Shown: positions 40,503 through 56,474 of the stretch, one piece after another
Position numbering within the stretch: the first letter of the stretch is position 1
Layout of the letters: the number at the start of each line of letters is the position of its first letter
NCBI GenBank assembly: GCA_964016885.1
Contig: OZ024759.1
Span: forward strand, 7,068,001-7,132,000
Source of the DNA: Eledone cirrhosa
Taxonomy: Eukaryota
DNA length: 64,000 bases
Direction: 5' to 3'
Position numbers and translations under genes: made by a program
The notes under the pieces: generated by a model
Told to the model about the DNA's origin: nothing
What the model saw: the letters and a program-made list of their open reading frames with translations, nothing else
The model's database searches: none

Positions 40503-40705
40503 TAAAGCTGTAAATTATAATCAATGAGGTGTGTTAACTGACTTACCAATGTATACAGTGAGTTTAGTTGCCCTAGGCGTCAAGAAGACACTCAGCATAT
40601 ATCAAAAACAATACTGAAGGAAAAGGGATAACAATAAAAATAATAATAACAATAATAATAATAATAAAATTCTTCCTCAAAATATGACTTGTTTGTATAT
40701 TTCAG

Positions 40706-40918
40706 GTATTAATGGTTTGGTATATGGCAATCTACCTGGGTTGGATATGTGTGTAGGTGACCACGTGAGGTGGTATATAATGTCCTTTGGAAATGAACAA
40801 GATGTCCACAGCCCTTACTTCCATGGACATACCTTCATTGACAGTCTCTATAGACAAGACACAGCCAGCTTAATTCCTGCAGAATCTTCCACTTTAAGGA
40901 TGGCCATCAACAATCCAG
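40706..40918 (+). CDS. Multicopper oxidase exon G (domain 4)
   Basis: TTTCAG acceptor, G|GTAAAC donor; GINGLVYGNLPGLDMCVGDHVRWYIMSFGNEQDVHSPYFHGHTF...; phase 1 in and out. Confidence 0.94.
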
Positions 40919-41028
40919 GTAAACTGAAATGAAATTCCAGACAAGTTATTGTTTCCCTGTTCTCATGAAAAAAATATTGAATTTGCTGTTCACACCTAGC
41001 CTCCTACAAGTAGTGTCTCAGGTGTGTC

Positions 41029-41355
41029 AATGATAGGGACAACAGTCCTATCATGTTGTTGTTACAACTCACACCTATGTAGGTTTAGCTGGCCTTCTAC
41101 AAGGTTGTATCTTATTTCTCAGGCATTAAATGATAGGGGGCCTAGTCCTATCATGTTGTTGTTACAACTCACACCTATGTAGGTTTAGCTGGCCTTCTAC
41201 AAGGTTGTATCTTATTTCTCAGGCATTAAATGATAGGGGGCCTAGTCCTATCATGTTGTTGTTACAACTCACACCTATGTAGGTTTAGCTGGCCTTCTAC
41301 AAGGTTGTATCTTATTTCTCAGGCATTAAATGATAGGGGCCCTAGTCCTATCATG
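41029..41355. repeat. 100-bp tandem repeat x~3 with ATGATAGG...CCTATCAT hairpin junctions
   Basis: TCATGTTGTT recurs at 41051, 41151 and 41251. Confidence 0.9.
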
Positions 41356-41586
41356 AGAAGTAAAATAAAATGAAGCTGAAGATAACAATAGACTGCCTAA
41401 TCCATGAACAGAAACTATGACCAGAGCCAACCTTGTCACACTTCACTGTGTCATGCTGAATCTCCCTGAGAATTACACTAACGACTCCCACATCGAAGTT
41501 CTTGTTTGCCTGTTTTATTAATTTAGGGGACAACCTCCCCCCTCCTCCCACCTCGTGTTAATTTTTCTGTTCATTTTTCGTGTTCA

Positions 41587-41957
41587 CCTTTAGCATTTAA
41601 ACCGGCTGTATCTGGTCAGAATTATATCACTTCTTTCTTTTAAAACCCGCTGTAACCGGCTCCTCATACTGATGTTAAAGTATTGTTCTGGTACATCTCC
41701 CTCACCATCTTCCGAGGAAACAGCTTCTCTATTCTGTCCGCTGGAGCTATGGGCGGCCAGCATGTGGGACTCCATTAGCTCATAATAGTGAGAGATGGGG
41801 AGAGAGAGAGAGACGGAAGCGATGACAGTGAGAGTTTGGCTCCTCTGTGTTCGTACCTGGTGTATATGCTTACTTCTATTCATTCGATATTATGTGAGGT
41901 AAAGCTTTTACCATGAAAATACAATAGTATATATAGAGTAATGTAAATGCTAAAGGG
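41587..41957. mobile_element. piggyBac-like MITE
   Basis: TIRs CCTTTAGCATTTA / TAAATGCTAAAGGG; TTAA on the right, degenerate TTCA on the left. Confidence 0.6.
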
Positions 41958-42044
41958 TTAATTTAGGGGACAACCTGCACCCCACCCCTATCCATGTTTT
42001 TCTGTTTTCTTGATTTTTTTTGATTTTTTTTTTTCTTGCTACAG

Positions 42045-42249
42045 GCCAATGGTTGGTAGAGTGTCGGACTACAATCCATTTTAAAGAAGGCATGAGGGCC
42101 TTTTACAACGTCAAACGCTGCTCTTCAATAATACTCAAGAACAAAAAGATAGACCGTCGTTATTTCGTGGCAGCTGAAGAGGTGGAATGGGATCATGCTC
42201 CGAAAAAGAGAAGTATCGTTACTGGTAACGACTTGAACAATGAATCAGA
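42045..42249 (+). CDS. Multicopper oxidase exon H (end of domain 4, start of domain 5)
   Basis: Long T tract plus CTACAG acceptor, GA|GTGAGT donor; GQWLVECRTTIHFKEGM...RRYFVAAEEVEWDHAP. Confidence 0.94.
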
Positions 42250-42336
42250 GTGAGTACCTGTCATACATGTGGGTAGGTAGGTAGGTAGGTAGGTAGGTGT
42301 GTGTGTCTGCCTGCGTATGTGTGTATGTGATTGCCT

Positions 42337-42615
42337 GTCTTAGTCTGAGGTTCTTCCACACCTTTCAGCCCATCAAGAAGTCACAATCACGTCCTTGCCA
42401 AGTGATGTTGGCTGCCATCAGGTCTTTTGGGAACGTTTGTTGCCAGGTGATCCAGGGGCAACCCCACCTCCGTTTGTTGCCAGGTGATCCTGGGGCAACC
42501 CTGACTCAGTTTGCCACCAGGTGGAGTCCAGTTCTTTGCTGTTTTCGAGTGTCGTTCATTGGACAGGTGCAGAATATGGCCAGCCAGGTGGCACCAGCGC
42601 TCCATAACCATACAC
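42337..42615 (-). mobile_element. RTE-type LINE 3' remnant
   Basis: RWCHLAGHILHL...NWTPPGGKLSQGCPRITWQQT, a degenerate form of RW-x-W-x-GH...W-x-P-x-GKR-x-RGRP-x-x-TW. Confidence 0.6.
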
Positions 42616-42893
42616 ACATACGCAACCTGCCTGTGTATGTGCATGTGTGTGTGCCTGCCTGTGTGTGTCTGTGAATGTATATATCTCTATGTATGTGTGT
42701 GTATGTGCCTGTCTGCTGATGTTACACAATCCTCTGCCTGCTGCAGTTGTAATAATGCACTATTGGGTTTCTAGGGCATTTTTTTTTAAACCTGGAGGAG
42801 CCCATCTCCTCCTCTCCGCGTCTGAGTACAACAGATTCCTTCCAGAGAAGGATAGAGGGTGAAAGAAAGGAAATGATAAATAGATGTAGAGGA

Positions 42894-45800
42894 AGAATTG
42901 ACCCCAGTACTTGACTGCTACTTTTTTTAATTGACCTCGAATGGATTAAAGGCAAAGTTGACTTCAGCAGGATTTGATAGAAGACAGAAGAGAGATGAAA
43001 CAAACACCACAAGGTATTCTATCACAGAAGAGAGATGAAACAAACACCACAAGGTATTCTATCACAGAAGAGAGATGAAACAAACACCACAAGGTATTCT
43101 ATCACAGAGGAGAGATGAAACAAACACCACAAGGTATTCTATCACAGAAGAGAGATGAAACAAACACCACAAGGTATTCTATCACAGAGGAGAGATGAAA
43201 CAAACACCATAAGGTATTCTATCACAGAAGAGAGATGAAACAAACACCACAAGGTATTCTATCACAGAAGAGAGATGAAACAAACACCACAAGGTATTCT
43301 ATCACAGAGGAGAGATGAAACAAACACCACAAGGTATTCTATCACAGAAGAGAGATGAAACAAACACCACAAGGTATTCTATCACAGAAGAGAGATGAAA
43401 CAAACACCACAAGGTATTCTATCACAGAGGAGAGATGAAACAAACACCACAAGGTATTCTATCACAGAAGAGAGATGAAACAAACACCACAAGGTATTCT
43501 ATCACAGAGGAGAGATGAAACAAACACCACAAGGTATTCTATCACAAAAGAGAGATGAAACAAACACCACAAGGTATTCTATCACAGAAGAGAGATGAAA
43601 CAAACACCACAAGGTATTCTATCACAGAGGAGAGATGAAACAAACACCACAAGGTATTCTATCACAAAAGAGAGATGAAACAAACACCACAAGGTATTCT
43701 ATCACAGAAGAGAGATGAAACAAACACCACAAGGTATTCTATCACAGAAGAGAGATGAAACAAACACCACAAGGTATTCTATCACAGAGGAGAGATGAAA
43801 CAAACACCACAAGGTATTCTATCACAGAAGAGAGATGAAACAAACACCACAAGGTATTCTATCACAGAGGAGAGATGAAACAAACACCACAAGGTATTCT
43901 ATCACAGAAGAGAGATGAAACAAACACCACAAGGTATTCTATCACAGAAGAGAGATGAAACAAACACCACAAGGTATTCTATCACAGAGGAGAGATGAAA
44001 CAAACACCACAAGGTATTCTATCACAGAAGAGAGATGAAACAAACACCACAAGGTATTCTATCACAGAGGAGAGATGAAACAAACACCACAAGGTATTCT
44101 ATCACAAAAGAGAGATGAAACAAACACCACAAGGTATTCTATCACAGAAGAGAGATGAAACAAACACCACAAGGTATTCTATCACAGAGGAGAGATGAAA
44201 CAAACACCACAAGGTATTCTATCACAAAGAGAGATGAAACAAACACCACAAGGTATTCTATCACAGAGGAGAGATGAAACAAACACCACAAGGTATTCTA
44301 TCACAAAAGAGAGATGAAACAAACACCACAAGGTATTCTATCACAGAAGAGAGATGAAACAAACACCACAAGGTATTCTATCACAAAAGAGAGATGAAAC
44401 AAACACCACAAGGTATTCTATCACAGAGGAGAGATGAAACAAACACCACAAGGTATTCTATCACAAAAGAGAGATGAAACAAACACCACAAGGTATTCTA
44501 TCACAGAAGAGAGATGAAACAAACACCACAAGGTATTCTATCACAAAAGAGAGATGAAACAAACACCACAAGGTATTCTATCACAGAGGAGAGATGAAAC
44601 AAACACCACAAGGTATTCTATCACAGAAGAGAGATGAAACAAACACCACAAGGTATTCTATCACAGAGGAGAGATGAAACAAACACCACAAGGTATTCTA
44701 TCACAGAAGAGAGATGAAACAAACACCACAAGGTATTCTATCACAGAGGAGAGATGAAACAAACACCACAAGGTATTCTATCACAGAAGAGAGATGAAAC
44801 AAACACCACAAGGTATTCTATCACAGAAGAGAGATGAAACAAACACCACAAGGTATTCTATCACAGAAGAGAGATGAAACAAACACCACAAGGTATTCTA
44901 TCACAGAAGAGAGATGAAACAAACACCACAAGGTATTCTATCACAGAAGAGAGATGAAACAAACACCACAAGGTATTCTATCACAGAGGAGAGATGAAAC
45001 AAACACCACAAGGTATTCTATCACAGAAGAGAGATGAAACAAACACCACAAGGTATTCTATCACAGAGGAGAGATGAAACAAACACCACAAGGTATTCTA
45101 TCACAGAAGAGAGATGAAACAAACACCACAAGGTATTCTATCACAGAAGAGAGATGAAACAAACACCACAAGGTATTCTATCACAGAAGAGAGATGAAAC
45201 AAACACCACAAGGTATTCTATCACAGAAGAGAGATGAAACAAACACCACAAGGTATTCTATCACAGAAGAGAGATGAAACAAACACCACAAGGTATTCTA
45301 TCACAGAAGAGAGATGAAACAAACACCACAAGGTATTCTATCACAGAAAGAGAGATGAAACAAACACCACAAGGTATTCTATCACAGAGGAGAGATGAAA
45401 CAAACACCACAAGGTATTCTATCACAGAAGAGAGATGAAACAAACACCACAAGGTATTCTATCACAGAGGAGAGATGAAACAAACACCACAAGGTATTCT
45501 ATCACAGAAGAGAGATGAAACAAACACCACAAGGTATTCTATCACAGAAGAGAGATGAAACAAACACCACAAGGTATTCTATCACAGAGAGAGATGAAAC
45601 AAACACCACAAGGTATTCTATCACAGAAGAGAGATGAAACAAACACCACAAGGTATTCTATCACAGAAGAGAGATGAAACAAACACCACAAGGTATTCTA
45701 TCACAGAAGAGAGATGAAACAAACACCACAAGGTATTCTATCACAGAAGAGAGATGAAACAAACACCACAAGGTATTCTATCACAGAGGAGAGATGAAAC

Positions 45801-48800
45801 AAACACCACAAGGTATTCTATCACAGAAGAGAGATGAAACAAACACCACAAGGTATTCTATCACAGAAGAGAGATGAAACAAACACCACAAGGTATTCTA
45901 TCACAGAAGAGAGATGAAACAAACACCACAAGGTATTCTATCACAGAGGAGAGATGAAACAAACACCACAAGGTATTCTATCACAGAGGAGAGATGAAAC
46001 AAACACCACAAGGTATTCTATCACAGAAGAGAGATGAAACAAACACCACAAGGTATTCTATCACAGAAGAGAGATGAAACAAACACCACAAGGTATTCTA
46101 TCACAGAAGAGAGATGAAACAAACACCACAAGGTATTCTATCACAGAAGAGAGATGAAACAAACACCACAAGGTATTCTATCACAGAAGAGAGATGAAAC
46201 AAACACCACAAGGTATTCTATCACAGAGGAGAGATGAAACAAACACCACAAGGTATTCTATCACAGAAGAGAGATGAAACAAACACCACAAGGTATTCTA
46301 TCACAGAAGAGAGATGAAACAAACACCACAAGGTATTCTATCACAGAAGAGAGATGAAACAAACACCACAAGGTATTCTATCACAGAAGAGAGATGAAAC
46401 AAACACCACAAGGTATTCTATCACAGAAGAGAGATGAAACAAACACCACAAGGTATTCTATCACAGAAGAGAGATGAAACAAACACCACAAGGTATTCTA
46501 TCACAGAAGAGAGATGAAACAAACACCACAAGGTATTCTATCACAGAGGAGAGATGAAACAAACACCACAAGGTATTCTATCACAGAGGAGAGATGAAAC
46601 AAACACCACAAGGTATTCTATCACAGAAGAGAGATGAAACAAACACCACAAGGTATTCTATCACAGAAGAGAGATGAAACAAACACCACAAGGTATTCTA
46701 TCACAGAAGAGAGATGAAACAAACACCACAAGGTATTCTATCACAGAGGAGAGATGAAACAAACACCACAAGGTATTCTATCACAGAGGAGAGATGAAAC
46801 AAACACCACAAGGTATTCTATCACAGAAGAGAGATGAAACAAACACCACAAGGTATTCTATCACAGAAGAGAGATGAAACAAACACCACAAGGTATTCTA
46901 TCACAGAAGAGAGATGAAACAAACACCACAAGGTATTCTATCACAGAAGAGAGATGAAACAAACACCACAAGGTATTCTATCACAGAAGAGAGATGAAAC
47001 AAACACCACAAGGTATTCTATCACAGAAGAGAGATGAAACAAACACCACAAGGTATTCTATCACAGAAGAGAGATGAAACAAACACCACAAGGTATTCTA
47101 TCACAGAAGGAGAGATGAAACAAACACCACAAGGTATTCTATCACAGAAGAGAGATGAAACAAACACCACAAGGTATTCTATCACAGAAGAGAGATGAAA
47201 CAAACACCACAAGGTATTCTATCACAGAAGAGAGATGAAACAAACACCACAAGGTATTCTATCACAGAGGAGAGATGAAACAAACACCACAAGGTATTCT
47301 ATCACAGAAGAGAGATGAAACAAACACCACAAGGTATTCTATCACAGAGGAGAGATGAAACAAACACCACAAGGTATTCTATCACAGAAGAGAGATGAAA
47401 CAAACACCACAAGGTATTCTATCACAGAGGAGAGATGAAACAAACACCACAAGGTATTCTATCACAGAAGAGAGATGAAACAAACACCACAAGGTATTCT
47501 ATCACAGAAGAGAGATGAAACAAACACCACAAGGTATTCTATCACAGAAGAGAGATGAAACAAACACCACAAGGTATTCTATCACAGAAGAGAGATGAAA
47601 CAAACACCACAAGGTATTCTATCACAGAAGAGAGATGAAACAAACACCACAAGGTATTCTATCACAGAAGAGAGATGAAACAAACACCACAAGGTATTCT
47701 ATCACAGAAGAGAGATGAAACAAACACCACAAGGTATTCTATCACAGAGGAGAGATGAAACAAACACCACAAGGTATTCTATCACAAAAGAGAGATGAAA
47801 CAAACACCACAAGGTATTCTATCACAGAAGAGAGATGAAACAAACACCACAAGGTATTCTATCACAAAAGAGAGATGAAACAAACACCACAAGGTATTCT
47901 ATCACAGAGGAGAGATGAAACAAACACCACAAGGTATTCTATCACAGAAGAGAGATGAAACAAACACCACAAGGTATTCTATCACAGAGGAGAGATGAAA
48001 CAAACACCACAAGGTATTCTATCACAGAGGAGAGATGAAACAAACACCACAAGGTATTCTATCACAGAAGAGAGATGAAACAAACACCACAAGGTATTCT
48101 ATCACAGAAGAGAGATGAAACAAACACCACAAGGTATTCTATCACAGAAGAGAGATGAAACAAACACCACAAGGTATTCTATCACAGAAGAGAGATGAAA
48201 CAAACACCACAAGGTATTCTATCACAGAAGAGAGATGAAACAAACACCACAAGGTATTCTATCACAGAAGAGAGATGAAACAAACACCACAAGGTATTCT
48301 ATCACAGAAGAGAGATGAAACAAACACCACAAGGTATTCTATCACAGAAGAGAGATGAAACAAACACCACAAGGTATTCTATCACAGAGGAGAGATGAAA
48401 CAAACACCACAAGGTATTCTATCACAGAAGAGAGATGAAACAAACACCACAAGGTATTCTATCACAGAAGAGAGATGAAACAAACACCACAAGGTATTCT
48501 ATCACAGAAGAGAGATGAAACAAACACCACAAGGTATTCTATCACAGAAGAGAGATGAAACAAACACCACAAGGTATTCTATCACAGAAGAGAGATGAAA
48601 CAAACACCACAAGGTATTCTATCACAGAAGAGAGATGAAACAAACACCACAAGGTATTCTATCACAGAAGAGAGATGAAACAAACACCACAAGGTATTCT
48701 ATCACAGAGAGAGATGAAACAAACACCACAAGGTATTCTATCACAGAAGAGAGATGAAACAAACACCACAAGGTATTCTATCACAGAAGAGAGATGAAAC

Positions 48801-50612
48801 AAACACCACAAGGTATTCTATCACAGAGGAGAGATGAAACAAACACCACAAGGTATTCTATCACAGAAGAGAGATGAAACAAACACCACAAGGTATTCTA
48901 TCACAGAAGAGAGATGAAACAAACACCACAAGGTATTCTATCACAGAAGAGAGATGAAACAAACACCACAAGGTATTCTATCACAGAAGAGAGATGAAAC
49001 AAACACCACAAGGTATTCTATCACAGAAGAGAGATGAAACAAACACCACAAGGTATTCTATCACAGAAGAGAGATGAAACAAACACCACAAGGTATTCTA
49101 TCACAGAAGAGAGATGAAACAAACACCACAAGGTATTCTATCACAGAGGAGAGATGAAACAAACACCACAAGGTATTCTATCACAGAAGAGAGATGAAAC
49201 AAACACCACAAGGTATTCTATCACAGAAGAGAGATGAAACAAACACCACAAGGTATTCTATCACAGAAGAGAGATGAAACAAACACCACAAGGTATTCTA
49301 TCACAGAGGAGAGATGAAACAAACACCACAAGGTATTCTATCACAGAGGAGAGATGAAACAAACACCACAAGGTATTCTATCACAGAGGAGAGATGAAAC
49401 AAACACCACAAGGTATTCTATCACAGAAGAGAGATGAAACAAACACCACAAGGTATTCTATCACAGAAGAGAGATGAAACAAACACCACAAGGTATTCTA
49501 TCACAGAAGAGAGATGAAACAAACACCACAAGGTATTCTATCACAGAAGAGAGATGAAACAAACACCACAAGGTATTCTATCACAGAGGAGAGATGAAAC
49601 AAACACCACAAGGTATTCTATCACAAAAGAGAGATGAAACAAACACCACAAGGTATTCTATCACAGAAGAGAGATGAAACAAACACCACAAGGTATTCTA
49701 TCACAGAAGAGAGATGAAACAAACACCACAAGGTATTCTATCACAGAAGAGAGATGAAACAAACACCACAAGGTATTCTATCACAGAGGAGAGATGAAAC
49801 AAACACCACAAGGTATTCTATCACAGAGGAGAGATGAAACAAACACCACAAGGTATTCTATCACAGAAGAGAGATGAAACAAACACCACAAGGTATTCTA
49901 TCACAGAAGAGAGATGAAACAAACACCACAAGGTATTCTATCACAGAGGAGAGATGAAACAAACACCACAAGGTATTCTATCACAGAAGAGAGATGAAAC
50001 AAACACCACAAGGTATTCTATCACAGAAGAGAGATGAAACAAACACCACAAGGTATTCTATCACAGAAGAGAGATGAAACAAACACCACAAGGTATTCTA
50101 TCACAGAGGAGAGATGAAACAAACACCACAAGGTATTCTATCACAGAGGAGAGATGAAACAAACACCACAAGGTATTCTATCACAGAGGAGAGATGAAAC
50201 AAACACCACAAGGTATTCTATCACAGAAGAGAGATGAAACAAACACCACAAGGTATTCTATCACAGAAGAGAGATGAAACAAACACCACAAGGTATTCTA
50301 TCACAGAAGAGAGATGAAACAAACACCACAAGGTATTCTATCACAAAAGAGAGATGAAACAAACACCACAAGGTATTCTATCACAGAAGAGAGATGAAAC
50401 AAACACCACAAGGTATTCTATCACAGAAGAGAGATGAAACAAACACCACAAGGTATTCTATCACAGAAGAGAGATGAAACAAACACCACAAGGTATTCTA
50501 TCACAGAGGAGAGATGAAACAAACACCACAAGGTATTCTATCACAAAAGAGAGATGAAACAAACACCACAAGGTATTCTATCCAACGTTCTAACGACTCT
50601 GCCAATTCGCCA
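42894..50612 (-). mobile_element. tRNA-SINE split by the 40-bp satellite
   Basis: SINE 3'/central part at 42894-42983; head (GGCGAATTGGCAGAGTCGTTAGAACGTTGG on minus) at 50582-50612. Confidence 0.8.
42984..50582. repeat. 40-bp satellite (ACAGAAGAGAGATGAAACAAACACCACAAGGTATTCTATC)n, ~190 copies
   Basis: Highly homogeneous array with three unit variants (GAA/GAG/AAA). Confidence 0.97.
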
Positions 50613-50769
50613 ACTATATATATAGTATAAAAAAAAAAAGGATAAAGATCCCTTAACTCCTTGTGGAGTGGTAGAGGCCCTGTCATATGGCCTGTCTAGG
50701 GCACTTTTAAACCTGGTGGAGCCCAACCCTCTCCAGGTCTGAACACAGCTGATTTTTTCTATAGAGGAA

Positions 50770-50920
50770 GAGTCAACCCCAGTACTTCACTGGTACTTTT
50801 TTTATCAACCTTGAAAGGATGAAAGGCAAAGTTGACCCTGGCGGGACTTGAACTCAGAGAGCAGAATGAAGGTGGACAAATACCGTAAAGCATTCTATCA
50901 GACATCTTAACTCGCTGCCT
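50770..50920 (-). mobile_element. Diverged tRNA-SINE, an unexpanded relative of the split SINE
   Basis: GGATGAAAGGCAAAGTTGACC...TTGAACTCAG...ACAAATACCGTAAAGCATTCTATC. Confidence 0.75.
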
Positions 50921-51148
50921 ATATATTTAAAATTGCTTTTAAATGTGTTTTTGCAGAGAGTAGGGTAAGGTGCCCTGGCTTGATAATGACCAGAGTTAGA
51001 ACCGATGACATCATTGTCGTCAGTTACATATCGTTAGCTTCTGCTGGAATCTGCTAGATGGCGCTACATCAGCAGTTTCCAAATTCATAGCTGAAGGTTT
51101 TCGAAATGTTTATTCATAAACATAGCTAAATATAGAAAAACGTTAAAC

Positions 51149-51757
<609 letters not shown>

Positions 51758-51974
51758 TATATATATATGAAGTATTTCAGTAGGAAGAGTAAAGGAAGGG
51801 AGAGTGCTCTATGTCTGCTACAGAGCTATATAATTATGTAATAAACAACATAAGACAATTATTCCATCTACCAAAGGTTTCATGAAGACAGGAGAGCTCA
51901 ACAGAGACATCTGAAATCGCTCAGCAGAATTAAAATTTAATGTGGATGTTATTACTACCACTAAACACAATAAT

Positions 51975-53040
51975 AGGAAAAGAAAAATAATATGGTTTAC
52001 TCCACCTTTCTCTTTAACAGTTAAAACTAGGCAGAAAATTCCTTGAACTTTTAGACAAAAATTTCCCCGAACAACATAGATATAAGATATTTAATAGCAA
52101 TTTAGTTAAAATTAGCTACTCTTGCTTTTCATCCATGAAATCTAAGATTACCAACATGAATATCAATAAAGGAAATCCAGGATGTAGTTGCAGAAAAGCT
52201 GAAGAATGCCATTTACAGGGCAAATGCAATACGAAATCAATCGTATATGAGGCTAAAGTAACACCTATTGTGAATAACCAACCAACCATGAGTGAGCGAT
52301 ATGTGGGTATGACGCAAGATAGAGTCAAACTCAGATACTACGCATATGTTTCCTCCTTCAAACACCCAGATAAAAGGGCAACTACGGCGTTGGTAGATAA
52401 AGTGTGGGAGTTAAAAGAACATAAGATTCCATATTTGATTGATTGGTCTAATTTAGATTACTCAAAAGAATATCACAAAGGCACAAAAAATGTTCTTTGT
52501 GTATAACCGAAAAATACAGAATCCTGTAAAATCTGAAATCTCCTAATACTTGCATCAATTCTAAAACTGAGATCTTCAGAAGTTGTCCACACTTGAAATC
52601 ACATCTTCTTTCCAGCTGGTATAATATACCTTTGGACACTCAACCACCCTGAACTTCCTCCTTTTACGAATTAACTCTTCCACTCACTACCCTGATCTCT
52701 TTATGAACGCATACATTTAACTACAACCAACACACACAATAAATGCCCACTTATTTATTATAATTATATACCTTTTTTCATACCTTTAACACACACACAT
52801 CGACCACTTTCATTCTTTCCACCCTTCATAGCCCATTAGGGTCTTGGAACACTTCTTCATTTTTAACCTTTATCTACAACCCCAAAATACTCACATATTC
52901 ACTTTAATCACATATCCTTTGTCATACCCTTAACACACACACACTGACTACCCTCATTCCATCTACCTCTAATACTCAATCAAAGTCTTTTTCTTTCTAC
53001 CTAATAGTTATACTCTTTCTACATACAACTTTACGTTTCA
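51975..53040 (+). mobile_element. Penelope-like element fragment (linker plus GIY-YIG endonuclease, frameshifted) with pyrimidine-rich 3' region
   Basis: KRKIIWFTPPFS...GRKFLELLDKNFP...KIFN..VKISYSC; CSC...CHLQGKC...IVYEAKV...YVGMT...RY..YVSSF...TTAL...W. Confidence 0.88.
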
Positions 53041-53052
53041 TTGTTGTAATAA

Positions 53053-53243
53053 GGGCGGTGGATTGGCAGTATCAGTAGAAGGTCGGACACCATGCTTTGA
53101 TGCATAGAGTTACGGCCCTTTCCAATCTGAGTTCAAATCCCGCCGAGGTTAACTTTGCCTTTCATCCTTACAGGGTTGATAAGATAAAGTACCAGTAATA
53201 CACTGGATAATTGCTGGCCTTGTGCCTAAACTAGAAACAATTA
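53053..53243 (+). mobile_element. tRNA-SINE family 1
   Basis: Full length; TSD TTGTAATAA at 53044-53052 and 53244-53252. Confidence 0.88.
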
Positions 53244-53503
53244 TTGTAATAACGGGAGCCCAATTCTATCTTTCACATAATATAGTCATAGATATATATG
53301 GATATATGCCTGTTTATGTATGTATGTATATATGTGTTTACGTATAATTGTGTGCGTTTCTTGTATTTATATGTGTATATGTATATTTACATATATATGT
53401 GTGTGTATGTGCATGTCTATATATGCATATGTATATGTTCTGCATGTACGTATATGTGCATGAATGTGTGTATGTATATGTATATATATATGTATATGCA
53501 TAT

Positions 53504-53703
53504 NNNNNNNNNNNNNNNNNNNNNNNNNNNNNNNNNNNNNNNNNNNNNNNNNNNNNNNNNNNNNNNNNNNNNNNNNNNNNNNNNNNNNNNNNNNNNNNNN
53601 NNNNNNNNNNNNNNNNNNNNNNNNNNNNNNNNNNNNNNNNNNNNNNNNNNNNNNNNNNNNNNNNNNNNNNNNNNNNNNNNNNNNNNNNNNNNNNNNNNNN
53701 NNN
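53504..53703. other. Assembly gap (200 N)
   Basis: Run of N; the round number suggests an unsized scaffold join. Confidence 0.98.
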
Positions 53704-55316
<1,613 letters not shown>

Positions 55317-55363
55317 TTTTAAGAGAGTAAAACAAAGAATCCTTTAATACATCAAAAGTTTTT

Positions 55364-55408
55364 ATTAGCCGACAATGTTTCGTCCTATTAAGGACTCATC
55401 AGGGCAAT
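55364..55408 (-). ncRNA. Minimal type I hammerhead ribozyme, duplicate of 36730-36774
   Basis: Identical sequence ATTAGCCGACAATGTTTCGTCCTATTAAGGACTCATCAGGGCAAT. Confidence 0.85.
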
Positions 55409-55587
55409 CAAAACAACAAGGGGTAATTTCGGCAGATACAAGCCAGAAACTCTGAAGATAGCGTGGAAGAACGGATGTAAAACGGTGGTGATGATGATGA
55501 TGATGTATATGTATATGTATATATATATGTATATATATATATATGTATATATGTATATGTATATTTATATATATATATGTATATATG

Positions 55588-55618
<31 letters not shown>

Positions 55619-55824
55619 TTTTAAAGCTGTAAATTATAATCAATGAGGTGTGTTAACTGACTTACCAATGTATACAGTGAGTTTAGTTGCCCTAGGCGTC
55701 AAGAAGACACTCAGTATATATCAAAAACAATACTGAAGGAAAAGGGATAACAATAAAAATAATAATAACAATAATAATAATAATAAAATTCTTCCTCAAA
55801 ATATGACTTGTTTGTATATTTCAG

Positions 55825-56037
55825 GTATTAATGGTTTGGTATATGGCAATCTACCTGGGTTGGATATGTGTGTAGGTGACCACGTGAGGTGGTATATAAT
55901 GTCCTTTGGAAATGAACAAGATGTCCACAGCCCTTACTTCCATGGACATACCTTCATTGACAGTCTCTATAGACAAGACACAGCCAGCTTAATTCCTGCA
56001 GAATCTTCCACTTTAAGGATGGCCATCAACAATCCAG
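55825..56037 (+). CDS. Duplicate of multicopper oxidase exon G
   Basis: Same translation and splice sites as 40706-40918. Confidence 0.7.
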
Positions 56038-56147
56038 GTAAACTGAAATGAAATTCCAGACAAGTTATTGTTTCCCTGTTCTCATGAAAAAAATATTGAA
56101 TTTGCTGTTCACACCTAGCCTCCTACAAGTAGTGTCTCAGGTGTGTC

Positions 56148-56474
56148 AATGATAGGGACAACAGTCCTATCATGTTGTTGTTACAACTCACACCTATGTA
56201 GGTTTAGCTGGCCTTCTACAAGGTTGTATCTTATTTCTCAGGCATTAAATGATAGGGGGCCTAGTCCTATCATGTTGTTGTTACAACTCACACCTATGTA
56301 GGTTTAGCTGGCCTTCTACAAGGTTGTATCTTATTTCTCAGGCATTAAATGATAGGGGGCCTAGTCCTATCATGTTGTTGTTACAACTCACACCTATGTA
56401 GGTTTAGCTGGCCTTCTACAAGGTTGTATCTTATTTCTCAGGCATTAAATGATAGGGGCCCTAGTCCTATCATG
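56148..56474. repeat. 100-bp tandem repeat x~3 (duplicate)
   Basis: Copy of 41029-41355. Confidence 0.9.

Noticed and set aside
42984-50582. 40-bp array as a CRISPR array or an information-bearing code
   Set aside because: No spacers, only two variable positions, and the pattern differs between the two copies, as expected for VNTR turnover
51875-51930. AUGAAGA...GAAAUCGCUC upstream of the Penelope fragment
   Set aside because: Core is imperfect and stems I and II do not pair convincingly
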